Below, piece after piece: positions 1-13,651 of a stretch of 64,000 nucleotides of DNA (position 1 is its first letter; each line of letters starts with the position of its first letter). The position numbers and the translations under genes are program-made. The DNA lies in NCBI GenBank assembly GCA_951406725.2, contig OX597819.1, forward strand, positions 102,920,001 to 102,984,000, in the 5' to 3' direction. Source of the DNA: Octopus vulgaris (Eukaryota). The notes under the pieces are model-generated. The model was not told the origin of the DNA and did no database searches. It worked only from the letters and a program-made list of their open reading frames with translations.

Positions 1-744
1 TATGGAGACTGAGAGAGAGGTAAAAGTGTTGTGCAAGCTTTTACATCCCATGATGTACAGATATCTAACTGATGTTAGACGATTATCATCTAACAAGATG
101 AGGCAATGTTCATGTGAACGTGTGTGTGTGTCTGTGTGTGTTTGTGTGTACGTGTGTGTACGCGCGCGTGCGTCCGCGAGTGTAGTGCGTATGTATGTGT
201 AAGTATATACAAACCGCACCCACAGAAAAAAAAACAGACAAAATGATTGATAAATATCAATATGTGTTTGCTTATAATTATGTGCGTTTGAGTGTGCATG
301 TGGAAGTGTGCTTCTCTATGTGTGAATAAATTAAAAAACCGAAAATATATACAAAACTAATATTGCAAGAAAGTTTATGAAAATTTTTCTTGGGGAAAAT
401 ATGTCATAAAAATACTGGAGGGCGTTGTGAGCGGACAAATATATCACCCTATCAAACATAAGGTGCAACATATGCGGGTCGGTGTGAGCAAGATTTTTGA
501 TAATATATACAATACTGATTGCTAGTATAATAACTGTTGTTATTGTTGTTTTTGTTGCAGGGTTGTAGTCATTAAAAGACGCTATTTCTTCTATTTCTTA
601 AATTATATAATTTCAATTTTTATATATTTTACGCCGACGAATTAGGAGCAAGGAGAAATAGAATTACAATTCTTCAAGTAAACTGAAAAGGGGTAAAAAA
701 AATGAAAGACTTGGAACGTCAGTCTAGAGATATAAGCAGAAAAG

Positions 745-795
745 TAATAATAATAATAATAATAATAATGATAATAATGATAATAATGATAATGA

Positions 796-846
<51 letters not shown>

Positions 847-850
847 CATT
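745..850. repeat. (AAT)n tract switching directly to (ATT)n (self-complementary microsatellite)
   Basis: taataataat...gatattattattatt visible directly. Confidence 0.9.
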
Positions 851-930
851 ATAGTGATAAACAAGAAGAAGGATGACTACGCTAATAAGATTATATAAAC
901 GATCAATAATAACAATAATATCATCAGGTT

Positions 931-1003
<73 letters not shown>

Positions 1004-1265
1004 GCAATATGAAATATCGCACCATAGGGGTTGATTGTGAATGCTAGGCAGTTATGTTGATACTAACTTACGTGTTATTTTCCTATTAATATTTTATGAA
1101 ATTTATTTACGTCTATTGCAGAAAGTTCCAGCATAATTTCCACACCAATTGTGTGACACCTCGTGTGAAATTATACTTCATATGGGGTTAAATGATATAG
1201 ATCTCGCCTGAATTCATACCTCATACACTCATCATGACATGGTTTCAGAAACATACAAACATGAC

Positions 1266-1312
<47 letters not shown>

Positions 1313-2294
1313 TTACGCATTTCTGTACATATTCATCTATATACATATACACATATATACATCTCTCTCTCTATATATATATGCATATACGTACGTAGTT
1401 ATGAAGGTATGTGCCTGTATGCGTGTGTTTGTGCGTGTGTTAACGGAGAGGCAATTATATACACCGAATTCATTGCAAGCCAATGAATGTATAAATATGT
1501 TTATTTCCATTCAGCCTTATTTACATACAAATAAAAGACACATATACACTTCCACAGAGATACAGACACACGCGCATATATTCACACATACATATATACA
1601 TACATATGAGCGTCTGACTGAGTGTTTATGTATGAATTATTTAAATATATACACACATGCGCACAGAAATATACATTTACATATATAATATTTAGATGTA
1701 CTTATGTATGTATATACATACTCACACACATACACATGCACACATATATGTATATATACACATCGGTACCTCCGGTTTTGTATGTCTGTGTGTTTGTGCA
1801 TGAATATATGTATCTGTACAAGCACATGCATGAAATACCACATTGTCAGATAATATGTTACGTTATTAATTCTTCTATTACGCGTTGAATTGAGAGGTCA
1901 ATTTCACACAAAGCATCTGTAATCCACCCGTACAGTGAAAACATACACAGATACACATGAACACATTCTTACACACAAACACACATTCACACACAAACAC
2001 ATAGAATTCTCGACGCACAGGCCAGGCTACGAGATAAAACGCATTCACATAAACATAAGAACTAAATTATAGCTATAGATAAAGATAATGAGCAAGTATG
2101 TAACAAGCTACCACTTCTCCTTCTACAGCATGAAATTCTCCTTCTTTATTACTGAGTCTTGCTCAACGTGGATACCCAACACTTTAACTTTCTTATAACA
2201 TACTCAGGATTTTAAATTTCTTTTGGCATCTCGGTAAAGCAAGGGTCACTTCCATTAGTAATCTACCCCCACACCGTCGCAGCCTCGGCTGACG

Positions 2295-3530
2295 CCACCA
2301 AAACCATTACCACCGTCATCCCACCCAACCACCATGACTACCACCTCAACCACCACCACCACCACTACCACCAGCACCACCATCGACCACCACTATTATT
2401 ACCACTACCTCTGCTACCATCACTACCATCTCCACTCCAGTTCTCCCCCCCCACCACCACCTCCTCCTCCTCCACCTACTACTTCTACCCCCATCACCCC
2501 AATACAAACAGTACCATCACCTCCACGAACAACGTCTCCTCTGCTGCCTCACAACCATAGTCTCTCCGATCCCCCACTAACATAGCAACCAGCATCATTA
2601 CACCAAATCGTCATCACCGCCAGTATGACTCTTACCAGGGGCAGAAGTACTATCTCTATCACCTCTATCACCTCCTAAAAACGTAACTACGGCAGGAGTA
2701 CTAGTGTCACTGACATAGCTCAACTAGAAGATGACTGAAACGAGCACCAACAACGCCACTACCACCACCAAGAAAAGCCACAACAGTAACAACAACACGA
2801 CTATCATTACTTTCACTTCAAATATTTATGCCACTCTCACTATTCCCCCATACCCGACTAACAACTGCACCGCTTTCAGCACCGACATCACCTTGATGGC
2901 CATCGCCACCAGCACCATCGTCTTCGTCATTATCATCATCATCTTAATCTTTTTCATCCACCACCTCCCCCTCCTCCTCCTCATCATCATCATCATTGTC
3001 GTCGTTGTAATCAATATCATCATCGTCATCTTAATCTTTCTCTTTCTCCTCCTCCTCCTCCTCCTCCTCCCCCCTCCACATCATCAACCTAATTATTTTT
3101 ATCATCATTTTCCTTTTCCTTCTTCTCACTACCCTCATTCTTACTCCTCCTATTTCTAATGATGATCATCATCATCTTTATCACCGATGCCATGAGTTTT
3201 ATTTCGACTACCATTATCATAGTCACCAGTAGCAATATCTTCTATCACCATCGCTATCTTCCCAATGCCCAAGACTATAGCAATCTCCGTTTCCACCATC
3301 TTCGCAGTTATAAAAGAATTCCGTGACTTCCACCACCATCACCATCATTATCTCTATAACAAACTCTGCCACTGTTGTCACTGTCACCCCCATCATCACC
3401 AGCATCATCATCACTATCATCACTTATGTAACAAACTCCAATACCACTAAGACCATTTTAAAAACGACACAACCAACGCCACTATCATCATCCTTATCAT
3501 CAGTGTAACATTCACCACCATCACTACTCA
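2295..3530. repeat. Degenerate CAC/CAT/CCT trinucleotide low-complexity region
   Basis: Runs of accaccacc, catcatcat, ctcctcctc; explains the poly-T/P/H/I ORFs. Confidence 0.85.
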
Positions 3531-3777
3531 AATTATTTATTTTAAGAATATGTCTAACCATTCTTGATATTTTTCGTCCTTATTAAGGTTTTATGCAGTT
3601 CTTAGGCTCTAGCTTCTCCCTGTCGTTGTCATTCCATTTTATAGAGATTTGATATTTTTAATAATATCGTGGAGCAAAATACAAACTGCACAAATATAAC
3701 AGCTAATAGTGGGGACAGTAGCTGAGGAATACATACCCGAGGAACAATGACCGTTACAATAATCAAACCCACTTAAT

Positions 3778-3870
3778 AATCGATCCATGCACACAAAGGT
3801 GATTAATTCAGAATCCAGCGTGTATCAAATAAAATTCAAGCGGCAGAAATGGAGCTTTCTGACAAAGCAA
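3778..3870 (+). repeat. 93 bp direct repeat, copy 1 (probable donor)
   Basis: aatcgatccatgc...ctgacaaagcaa is identical to 4871-4963. Confidence 0.95.
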
Positions 3871-3917
3871 TCATTGATATCAGTTTAAAGGTTGTTTGTT
3901 TTATTTGATATCTAAAA

Positions 3918-4205
3918 ACTTCGGAAGTAGTGAAAGATAGGAAGGGTATATTCACATCGGAGACCTAGTCAGAATGCTTGTAATGGGGGTGGACCCCGCT
4001 TAGCGGCACCCAAGGCGCTATGTAGTGGTGCTATAAGGGTGGTAGATTAAGTCAACTTCTAAATAGGCCACAGCGGGATTTGAACGCAGATTACAAAGAA
4101 CCTGAATAAATACAAGGCATTCGATACAAACCTCAGCGTCAGGAATCTGAGATCTGGCGGTGAGAGCAATGTATAACTATTTAGGGCTAGATTTAAAGAT
4201 ATGTA
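3918..4205 (+). repeat. Long inverted repeat, left arm
   Basis: Matches the reverse complement of 5180-5471 with about 31 substitutions and two short indels over ~285 bp (manual alignment). Confidence 0.93.
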
Positions 4206-4551
4206 TTAAATTTAGGTGCATATTTATTGATTATTTCCAATTAATATCACATGTTGCTTGTTATATCGATCCTATTGACTTACAGGATAAGTGAGCGTAG
4301 TTCAAAACTACAAGACACCTAGTTCACTATCAATAAGGAAGACAAGGACAATCTGACACAGAGAAATGTCGGGGGTGAGAGAAAGAAAGAGGGAGAGAGA
4401 GGTGGGGGTTTGCAGTGTACCTAGATGTCGAATACAGGAACAATATTGAATTTATGTCCATTAGCACACTTTGAACTTAACATTATTGTATTGAAATGAG
4501 CATTAATAGTTATCCTTTGACTTTTGAAGAATACAGTTAGGGAGTTAGTTG

Positions 4552-5080
4552 CAGGTGCAGGTATGGCGATGTAATTCAGGGACTCGCTTTACAGCAAAAT
4601 AGTTTCGGATTCAGTCTCAGTGCGGTCCCTTGCGCAAGTGTCATCAAACATAACTCTGGACCCACCAACACAGTGTGAATGAATTTGGCAGATGGAAACT
4701 CTGTCGAAGTCCGCCGTATTCGTATGTATGTGTGTGTGTGTTTGTGTGCGTGTGAGATAGAGAGTTTGTGAGCGCGCGCGTGTGTGTGTGCCTTTGTGTT
4801 TATCACCCTGCCCTACCACCTGACAACCAGTATTGGTTTGTTTACGGCCCCGTAACTAGCTGCTCAGTAAAATCGATCCATGCACACAAAGGTGATTAAT
4901 TCAGAATCCAGCGTGTATCAAATAAAATTCAAGCGGCAGAAATGGAGCTTTCTGACAAAGCAAGATATGTACCAGAATTTTATCGAAAATATAAGTACTG
5001 AGGTTGATTCGTTCGGTTAAATCCGTCCAGGAAGAGATCCGACATGGCCGCAGTGCAGTGACTGAAACAAATAAGACAAA
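4552..5080 (+). mobile_element. Degenerate tRNA-derived CORE-like SINE (family B) carrying a 93 bp insertion
   Basis: tRNA-like head, ccttgcgcaagtgtc core, tttggcagatggaaact, (GT)n middle, 3' catggccgcagt...gactgaaacaaataa; homologous to 22030-22510. Confidence 0.75.
4871..4963 (+). repeat. 93 bp direct repeat, copy 2 (inserted in SINE)
   Basis: Identical to 3778-3870; SINE sequence resumes on both sides. Confidence 0.95.
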
Positions 5081-5179
5081 ACGTGAAATAGATCACAGTC
5101 AGCATTTCCATTTATGGATGTTCAATTGGTCGATCACCCGAAGTACCAAGCTCCTTAAATTATCATGGAAGTGGCTGAG

Positions 5180-5471
5180 TACATAGCCTTTAAACCTAGC
5201 TCTAAATGGTTATACGTTGCTGTCACTGCCAAATCACAGATTCATGGCGCTGACGTTTGTACCGGATGCCTTGTATTTACTCCGGTTCTTTGTAATCTGC
5301 GTTCAAATCCTGCTGTGGCCTATTTAGTAGTTGTCTTAATCTACCACCCTTTTAACACCACTACATAGCGCCTTGGATGCCGCTAAGCGGGGTTCAACCC
5401 CATTACAAACATTGTGACTAGGGCTCCGATGCCAATATACCCTCATTTCTATCTTACACTACTCCCGAAGT
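5180..5471 (-). repeat. Long inverted repeat, right arm
   Basis: Reverse complement of 3918-4205, e.g. ggttctttgtaatctgcgttcaaatcc vs ggatttgaacgcagattacaaagaacc. Confidence 0.93.
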
Positions 5472-5597
5472 GGTTGATCACAAAGACGTGTGATTCACTG
5501 ATGCAATTTTTGGACGGAATCACTGTAACACTGACATTTAAAGAATGTGTTTTTGAAAAACGGGTAAAATTCATCCGACAATATTCTACGTAGTTTA

Positions 5598-6220
5598 AGG
5601 TGGTGAGCTGGCAGAAACGTTAGCACGCTGGGCGAAATGCGTAGCCGTATTTCGTCTGCCTCTACGTTCAGAGTTCAAATTCCGCCGAGGTCGACTTTGC
5701 CTTTCATCCTTTCGGGGTCGATTAAATAAGTACCAGTTACGCACTGGGGTCGATATAATCAACTTAATCCGTTTGTCTGTCTTTGTTTGTCCCCTCTGTG
5801 TGTAGCCCCTTGTGGGCAGTTAAGAAATAGGTATTTCGTCGGTCTTTACCTTCTGAGTTCTAATTCCACCGAGGTCGACTTTGCCTTCCAACATTTAGGG
5901 GTCGATAAATTAAGTACCAGTTACGTACTGGGATCGATCTTATCGACTGGCACCCTCCCTCATAATTTCGGTCCTTGTGCCAAGAGTAGAAAAGAATATA
6001 TACAGAAACAAACGCGGCGAGCTAGCAGAGCACGCCGGGTGAAATGCTTTGCGGCATTTCGTCTGTCTTTACGTTCTGAGTTCAAATTCCGCCGAGGTCG
6101 ACATCGCCTCTCATCCTTTCAGAGTCGAGAAATTAAGTACCAGTTGCGTACTGGGGTTGTTCAAATCGACTGCCCCCTCCCCCCAAATTTTGGGCCATGT
6201 GCCTTCTGTAGAAAATATAT
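5598..6220 (+). mobile_element. Tandem cluster of three tRNA-derived SINE units (family A)
   Basis: ggcgagctggcagaa-type head, B-box gagttcaaattcc, body aggtcgactttgcctttcatcctttcggggtcgat..taagtaccag repeated three times. Confidence 0.85.
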
Positions 6221-6384
6221 TCTACATTGTATCCGTCAAACCAATTTCATTCATAAGGCATAGAACATCTGGAAGTTATTGAAATAAAACTTGGCCAAGA
6301 TGTCCAAGGCAATGGAATCGAACTTGGAATTTCTTGACTGCGAAGCGAACACTTTATCCGCAACTTTTACCTTTATTGAATTAC

Positions 6385-6775
6385 CTTTTACTTGCTTCGA
6401 TCATTTGACTGCGGCCATGCTGGGGCACTGCCTTGAAGAATTTTACCCGAACGGATTGACCCCAGTAGTTAATATCTTTTTAAGATATTCTATCGGGACT
6501 CTTTTGCCGAACCGTTAATTTAAAGGGACGTAAACACATCAGCACAAGTTGTCAAGCGGTGAGATGGGGTGGGCAAACGCTGGGTCAAAGACATGCACAC
6601 ACACATAGGCATAAATGTGATAGACTTCTTTCAGTTTCCGTCAACCAAGTCCACTTAGAAGGCATTGGTTGGCCCGAGGCTATAATAGAGACACTTGCCC
6701 AAGGTGCCAGGCAATGAGACTGAACTGGGAACCATTTGACTGGGAAGCAAACTTCTTGCCACCCAGCTACGACTG
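6385..6775 (-). mobile_element. SINE family B, reverse orientation
   Basis: gactgcggccatgctgg, ctttcagtttccgtc, gacacttgcccaaggtgcc are the reverse complement of family B. Confidence 0.8.
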
Positions 6776-7116
6776 TCCACTTTAATCAACAAAATTAGTG
6801 ATATGTCAGACCCGTTATCCGTAGGGTGTATATTAAATTATATTTAGCATTGATAAATGAATACATACGGTTAGTGAATGTAACCTATCATAGCCAGAGC
6901 TAACTGCCTGGAACCAGCGAAGGATTAAAAGAGCATTAACTGACGTCATAATAAATGTGGAAGAGATATCGACTGTCACACACATACGCACACATATATA
7001 AACATACATATTCACACGCAAACATGTATAGATATACACACACACACACACGCGCACAAATAAAGACTGATATACACATATATATGTTAATGTGCATGTA
7101 CATTATATATGCATAA

Positions 7117-7179
<63 letters not shown>

Positions 7180-7715
7180 CATATATATACATAACTTGAG
7201 AGATAGTGGAAGTGGTAGAGAGAAAGAAGGTGGGGAGTAAAATGAGAGGGGGAGGTGGGTATCTGAACTAACAAGTAGATAATTATTATAAGTATACAAG
7301 TATGTAACTAAACGTGTAAGTCTTTTTCTATACATAAGTATATAAGCATATGGAAATACAAACGAACACGCACATGTGTGCACAAATAATGTGCTTGGCT
7401 ATGTTTGTGTGTTGATGTATAATGTACGTGAGTACGTATATATATATATATATGTATTTGTATATGTATACGTATATATATATACGTATATATGTATACG
7501 TATATATATACGTATATATATACGTATATATATACGTATGTATATATATGTATATATATATATATGCATACATATATATATGTGTGTATATAATTACACA
7601 CATGCTTACGTACACACACACACAAACACATACACACACATATATATATGAATGTATATATCATACTAGTGCATAATTTCACTCGAATGCATTAAGAGTC
7701 ATACACGCATATATA

Positions 7716-7754
<39 letters not shown>

Positions 7755-7806
7755 AATGTATTAATGTTTGTGTGTGTATCCCCCACACACACACATACAC
7801 ACACAT

Positions 7807-7843
<37 letters not shown>

Positions 7844-7999
7844 GATAGATAGATAGATAGATACATACATACATACATACATACATACATACATACACAC
7901 AGGAACTTATATATGTATGTATATACATATTCACATATATTGTCTATACATCATATATATAGACATATATATCATGTGTGTGTGTGTTTGCATGTGTAT

Positions 8000-8430
8000 C
8001 ATATCTACATTATTAGACAGAACCATACCGCATACCGGCGTGTTGAGTCAACAAGCCGTATAATTTATCTCATACAAGAATGCGATCAGCTATCTTTGCA
8101 ACTAACCCGTGATGACATAAACTCGGGGTCGCCTCTGCTCTTCCACTCTTCTCAAACTCCATTCAAGGACACCACCTGGTAGCCCTTTGCAAAGATGCCA
8201 TTTTGCTAAGTGCCTCTCTCCCCATCTTGCTATCCATGCCAAACATCTAGATTTCATCATCAATGTTGTTCCCGTCTATTTAACGTTCTCTATTCCTTCT
8301 TATATTTTTCTAATTTTTCTTTTTGTCTGTTAGGTTTTTTCCGCTTTGATCTTGACGACATCTGGATAATCTAGAAGTTTCCTCATTCTACATATTTGTC
8401 ATACTGGCATTTGCAACTCAAGTCTCATAT
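8000..8430 (+). mobile_element. Possible highly degraded Penelope-like RT remnant
   Basis: TLLKLHSRTPPGSP (~8143-8185) resembles the PLE RT motif YLLPKIHKxxxPGRP; weak. Confidence 0.3.
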
Positions 8431-8433
8431 AAT

Positions 8434-8434
<1 letters not shown>

Positions 8435-8496
<62 letters not shown>

Positions 8497-8497
8497 A
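8435..8497. repeat. (TAG)n microsatellite
   Basis: Perfect tagtagtag run. Confidence 0.95.
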
Positions 8498-8732
8498 TGG
8501 GTTTCATTTATGATTTCTTCTTTTCTTTACTTGGTTCACTTTAGTTTCTTAAACAAATAAAAAAACATAAAGCTAGATTCAAAATTCTATAACGCTGCAG
8601 CAGTCATTCCCTGCCTTTTCTGTGGGTTCAATCCCGGGTAAAGGTTTCTTATGCTAATCAAGTTTATATAAAGAGGACTTATATATATCTATCAATTATA
8701 TACATATGTAAATATACATATCTATCTATCTT

Positions 8733-8980
8733 GTGGAGGTGCGTGGCTTAGTGATTAGGGTGTCCGCATCATGGTCGTAAGATTGTGGTTTCAATTCCTG
8801 GACCGGGCGACACGTTGTGTTCTTGAGCAAAACACTTCATTTCACGTTGCTGCAGTCCACTCAGCTGGCAAAAATGTGTAACGCTGCGATGGACTGGCGT
8901 TCCAACCAGCTGGGGAACGAATACGCCATTGAAACCGGGAAACCGGACCCATGAGCCTGGCTAGGCTTTACAAGGACGCA
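8733..8980 (+). mobile_element. tRNA-derived SINE (family C)
   Basis: A-box gtggcttagtg, B-box-like ggtttcaattcc, body ttgtgttcttgagcaaaacacttcatttcacgttgc; homologous to 40003-40250. Confidence 0.82.
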
Positions 8981-8989
8981 TGTATTTTA

Positions 8990-9304
<315 letters not shown>

Positions 9305-9416
9305 TGTGACGATTATCATGGCTACCGAATAATTGTCACATATATTTACAGATAAATTCCTCTATTTACGTAACATCGAGGTCTATTTCATTCTTTTGTT
9401 GTCTTGCCATTTCTAT

Positions 9417-9456
<40 letters not shown>

Positions 9457-10036
9457 AGATGGAGGGACGGAGGGACGGAGGGACGGACAGATGCAATTTG
9501 AAATGCTGAAGAGGTACGAGAGAAATAACAACACATTTTATAATTGAAGTAATATAACGCGAAATATCAGTATTTTATTCCTTCAATGCCGTAGCAAGAT
9601 CATGAATGGTGTTTGTTTTCCACCTACTCATGTATGTGCGTATGTGTATGCATGTGTGCAGGTATTGAATAGCAGTTTCAGCAAAACCGAAGACCACATT
9701 ACTTCGTATGACTTGGTTCCGTTCTGTGCAACTGATTGGAATCGTGTATTTCACTGTCAGACATGCTGTTTTTTCTTTAACATATACAGTGAGTTCTGCT
9801 TTCCGGAACTGGCTTCTAACTCAGGTACCTCAATAGTCTCCCTTCTTTTCTTTACCCGTATTACAACAACCATCCCTATCTCGAAGTCCCTCAGTAACCA
9901 CTGTACTCCATCTGCCAATCCCCTAGAATTTAATCCTTCTCCGTGCTTTTCCTGCATTTATCAACTCTCAACTATTTAAGAACATTCACAGCATTAAGTT
10001 TGCCTGCCTTAGAACATTGTCTTTTATAAAAATCGA

Positions 10037-10252
10037 CGAGGGTGTGCTGAAAAGTTCCTGGCTTTGGGTAAAAGAAAATAAAGTAGGAACAGTTAATTAA
10101 GATTTTATTGAACATATTCCCCTCTCAGATTCACACACATATTGCAGCGGTCCTTCAGTTTTGTAAGCGCTGTAAAAGAACTCGGAAGTTTGGGCCTCCA
10201 GCCAAGCCTTTCGCTATAATCTTTTGGTCAGGAACTTTTCAGCACCTTCTCG
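10037..10252. mobile_element. Tc1/mariner-type MITE
   Basis: Terminal inverted repeats cgagggtgtgctgaaaagttcctg / caggaacttttcagcaccttctcg followed by TA; second copy at 50306-50525. Confidence 0.8.
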
Positions 10253-10400
10253 TATTTGAAAGGAAGTTCTTTGCTATTCACAGTATGAGGTCGAGAAAAT
10301 AAGATACAAACTCCTGGAAACTATATATTTGACAAAATTCCTTTTATAGTGAAACTAGTAACAGAAATAATTATAGATGTTTACAATATAAACTATACAT

Positions 10401-10725
10401 AGGCGCAGGAGTGGCTGTATGGCTCCGGGTTCAATCCCACTGCATGGTACCGTGGGCAAGTGTCTTCTACTATAGCCTCTGGCGACCAAAGCCTTGTGAA
10501 TGGATATGGTAGACGGAAACTGAAAGAAGCCCGTCATATATATATATGTATGTATGTATATGTTTGTGTGTCTGTGTTGGTCCCCCAATATCGCTTGACA
10601 ACCATAACCTAGCGGTTTGGCAAAAGAGACCGATATGATAAGTACTGGGTTCGATTTGTTCGACTAAAGGCGGTGCTCCAGCATGGCCACAATCAATGAC
10701 TGAAATGAATAAAAGAATAAAAGGA
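10401..10725 (+). mobile_element. SINE family B (CORE-like), internally deleted
   Basis: ggcgcaggagtggctg head, gggcaagtgtcttctactatagcc, tail gaataaaagaataaaag. Confidence 0.85.
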
Positions 10726-12245
10726 TATACTATTAATGGAATCATGTCCGTTAGCTAAACTAATTGAAGTTTTAGCAATCTAGGGCTTAATTTCTGTGGG
10801 AGAAACTTTCAGTTAGATGAATAGCAAATAAAATCATATATAGTACACTATCTAGTAGAAAAAGAATCCCCTTGTAACGGATACCAAAATAAGAACTATC
10901 TGTCCAGTGTAGATTTAATTAACGGCACAGCTCGAAATTCCGTGAATATCGGCGAATTAAACAGGCACCAGAAGAAAGCCGGCGAGGACAACTATCGAAA
11001 TTTGTGCGTATATCAAGCAATATACGGACTCTAAACGAATATATCCGTGCATAATAATGATATTAATCGTTCATCTCAGAAATTCAAACAACATTTCTCA
11101 AAATATTGTACTTTATAAGTAATAAGTCAGTGATTTTCTTTCTTCATTTTTTCATTTTTCTTTTTTTTTTTGCATTTGCTGATATTAGAGAACTAGAGAA
11201 TTACATATGGCTGGTCCTCTGAGACCTGTAAGCAGGATGCTGTAAATGTTCCCTGATCAGCAGTCCTACTTTCAAAGGTATTCTGCTTGGCCGTTATTGT
11301 CCTGTCTCTATAGGGGTATCTACTGCCAGATTATCTAATAGATCGTCCGTTAAAAAAACCGGACACGAATCTAATGGTGGTGGAGCTGGTAATAGCATTG
11401 ATATGGTAGTGTTCGGGCGGCTGGTGATGCTGGTCATCGTCACCTTTGTGGTGTTGGTGTTATGAAAACGATGATGATGACGATGATGATGTGGAGGAGG
11501 AGGTGGTGGACGGGGAGGAGGAGAAGGAGTTGGATTGTAGAACAGAAGTGTAACACCTGGGAAGAAGTCTAAAACTGTAAGAGAACGAAACTCAAGACGA
11601 ATGACAGAAAGACCGAAAGAGGAGAGAAAGAGCAAGAAGAAGGAAATGAGAAAAGAAGAAGAGGAGAAAAGAAAAAATAGCGAAAGAGTGTGAGTGCGAA
11701 TATATGACTGAGCTATTTTGTGCTTGTGTGTGTGTGCGTGTGTAAATGCATATGTGTGTTTGTGTGTGTGTGTGCGTGTATATATGGTTGTATGTATTTT
11801 TGTATGTATACGGGTGTGTGAGGGACTGTATGTGTACGCGCGGATGTGTGTGATTTTTTTTTAAAAAATGGCTTTAAAAAATGGTAAAAACAGCCCTGCT
11901 AGATCAAAGCTTCTTGCCACCAGTATGATGAACAAACGTGAAGTTCCATGCCAACTTTTTCAATTACACTTCCTGAATGGGGAGAATAAATACATGAGTT
12001 CCCACCATACTAATTCTTCCTCCCTCACTCACATCCTCTCCCCACTCTCTCAATCTCTATCTCACTTACTTCATCTATATATTTCTCATTCTATCGCTAT
12101 CAAAATCTATCTATCTGTCTATCTATTTATCTCGCTCAACCTTTCTACCGTATGCTTTGGTTTAGAACTTGTTTTTGTTTCAGGCTCGTTCCAATATTTA
12201 TATTCATTTTATTTATTTATTTACGCATTTTCTTTTCTGTTCTCT

Positions 12246-12281
<36 letters not shown>

Positions 12282-12455
12282 TTTTATGTTCATCTTCTTA
12301 TTGTTGCCGTGTTGATATTGGTGTTTATTTTGGCAGCAAATACATACATACACACACACATATATATATATGTATATATATATATACTCACACACGCACC
12401 AACACACGCTCACACTCACACACATATATATACTCACACGTATATATATATGTGA

Positions 12456-12543
<88 letters not shown>

Positions 12544-12918
12544 AAAGTCATTTTTTATGTGTATACACACACGGGCTATTTATTCTCTCTCTCCCTCTAT
12601 ATATATGGAAGTATATATGAGTGATTGATTTTGGGCGTCTGTGTATGCGCTTGTATGGGTTTATGCGTGGGTGTATGCGTCTGTGTGTGTGTATATGCGT
12701 GTATGTGTGTGTGGTTAATGATATTTTAGCCTATTCAATGATGTTGTATTATAGTTTCAACTTTGAATATAACTCTAACATTATGAGTGTATAATAGTTG
12801 TGGGTAGTGTTGTTAGCGTATATGCCTGCGTGTGTGTGTGTGTGTATGTGTGTGAGTAATTATTAGGGGACAAGACTGTGGCGAAAGAAATAGTTATATA
12901 TAACTAACAATCTATAGC

Positions 12919-12954
<36 letters not shown>

Positions 12955-13159
12955 GCTTATACATAAATCTGTATATGTATACACACTTATGCGTGTGATT
13001 ATATATATATATATATATATAGGAATAATAATAAGGGAAGGAGATTCAAGGAAGAACTTTTAAAATGCGTTTGCGTGAGAGGAAAAGAGAGAAAGACGGT
13101 TATATAGTGCAAGCAGGTGTTAGAATATTTTGCCTTACTCACAAACACACACATATATA

Positions 13160-13216
<57 letters not shown>

Positions 13217-13242
13217 TATATACATGTATATGTATAGACACG

Positions 13243-13276
<34 letters not shown>

Positions 13277-13379
13277 TGTATGTATGTATGCTTGTATGTA
13301 TGAATATGTTTATATAGATTCACATACATAGGTAAACATAAATACTAATATACTTTGAGAAGATAATGGATAGATAGAC

Positions 13380-13458
<79 letters not shown>

Positions 13459-13619
13459 GTAAAAACAAATAACCAATGAATGCAGGCAACATGATGGAGA
13501 AGACGTGATCAAATATGCCGGAGTTAACTATTCAACACTATCAAACGAAATTCTTCCATTAGCAAAAATAAACAACAAAAAAGAAACAAGTAATAATAAT
13601 AATAATAATAATAATAATG

Positions 13620-13651
<32 letters not shown>

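Noticed and set aside
3748-3760. tgaccgttacaat resembling part of miR-2001
   Set aside because: Partial match only and no flanking hairpin visible
5598-5690. tRNA-like sequences at SINE heads (also 8733, 22030, 40003)
   Set aside because: A/B boxes are present but there is no complete cloverleaf and they continue into SINE bodies; not tRNA genes
11294-11635. 113 aa minus ORF with Pro/His runs and a unique-looking C-terminus
   Set aside because: No recognisable family, non-ATG start and low complexity; retained only as a possible non-coding exon
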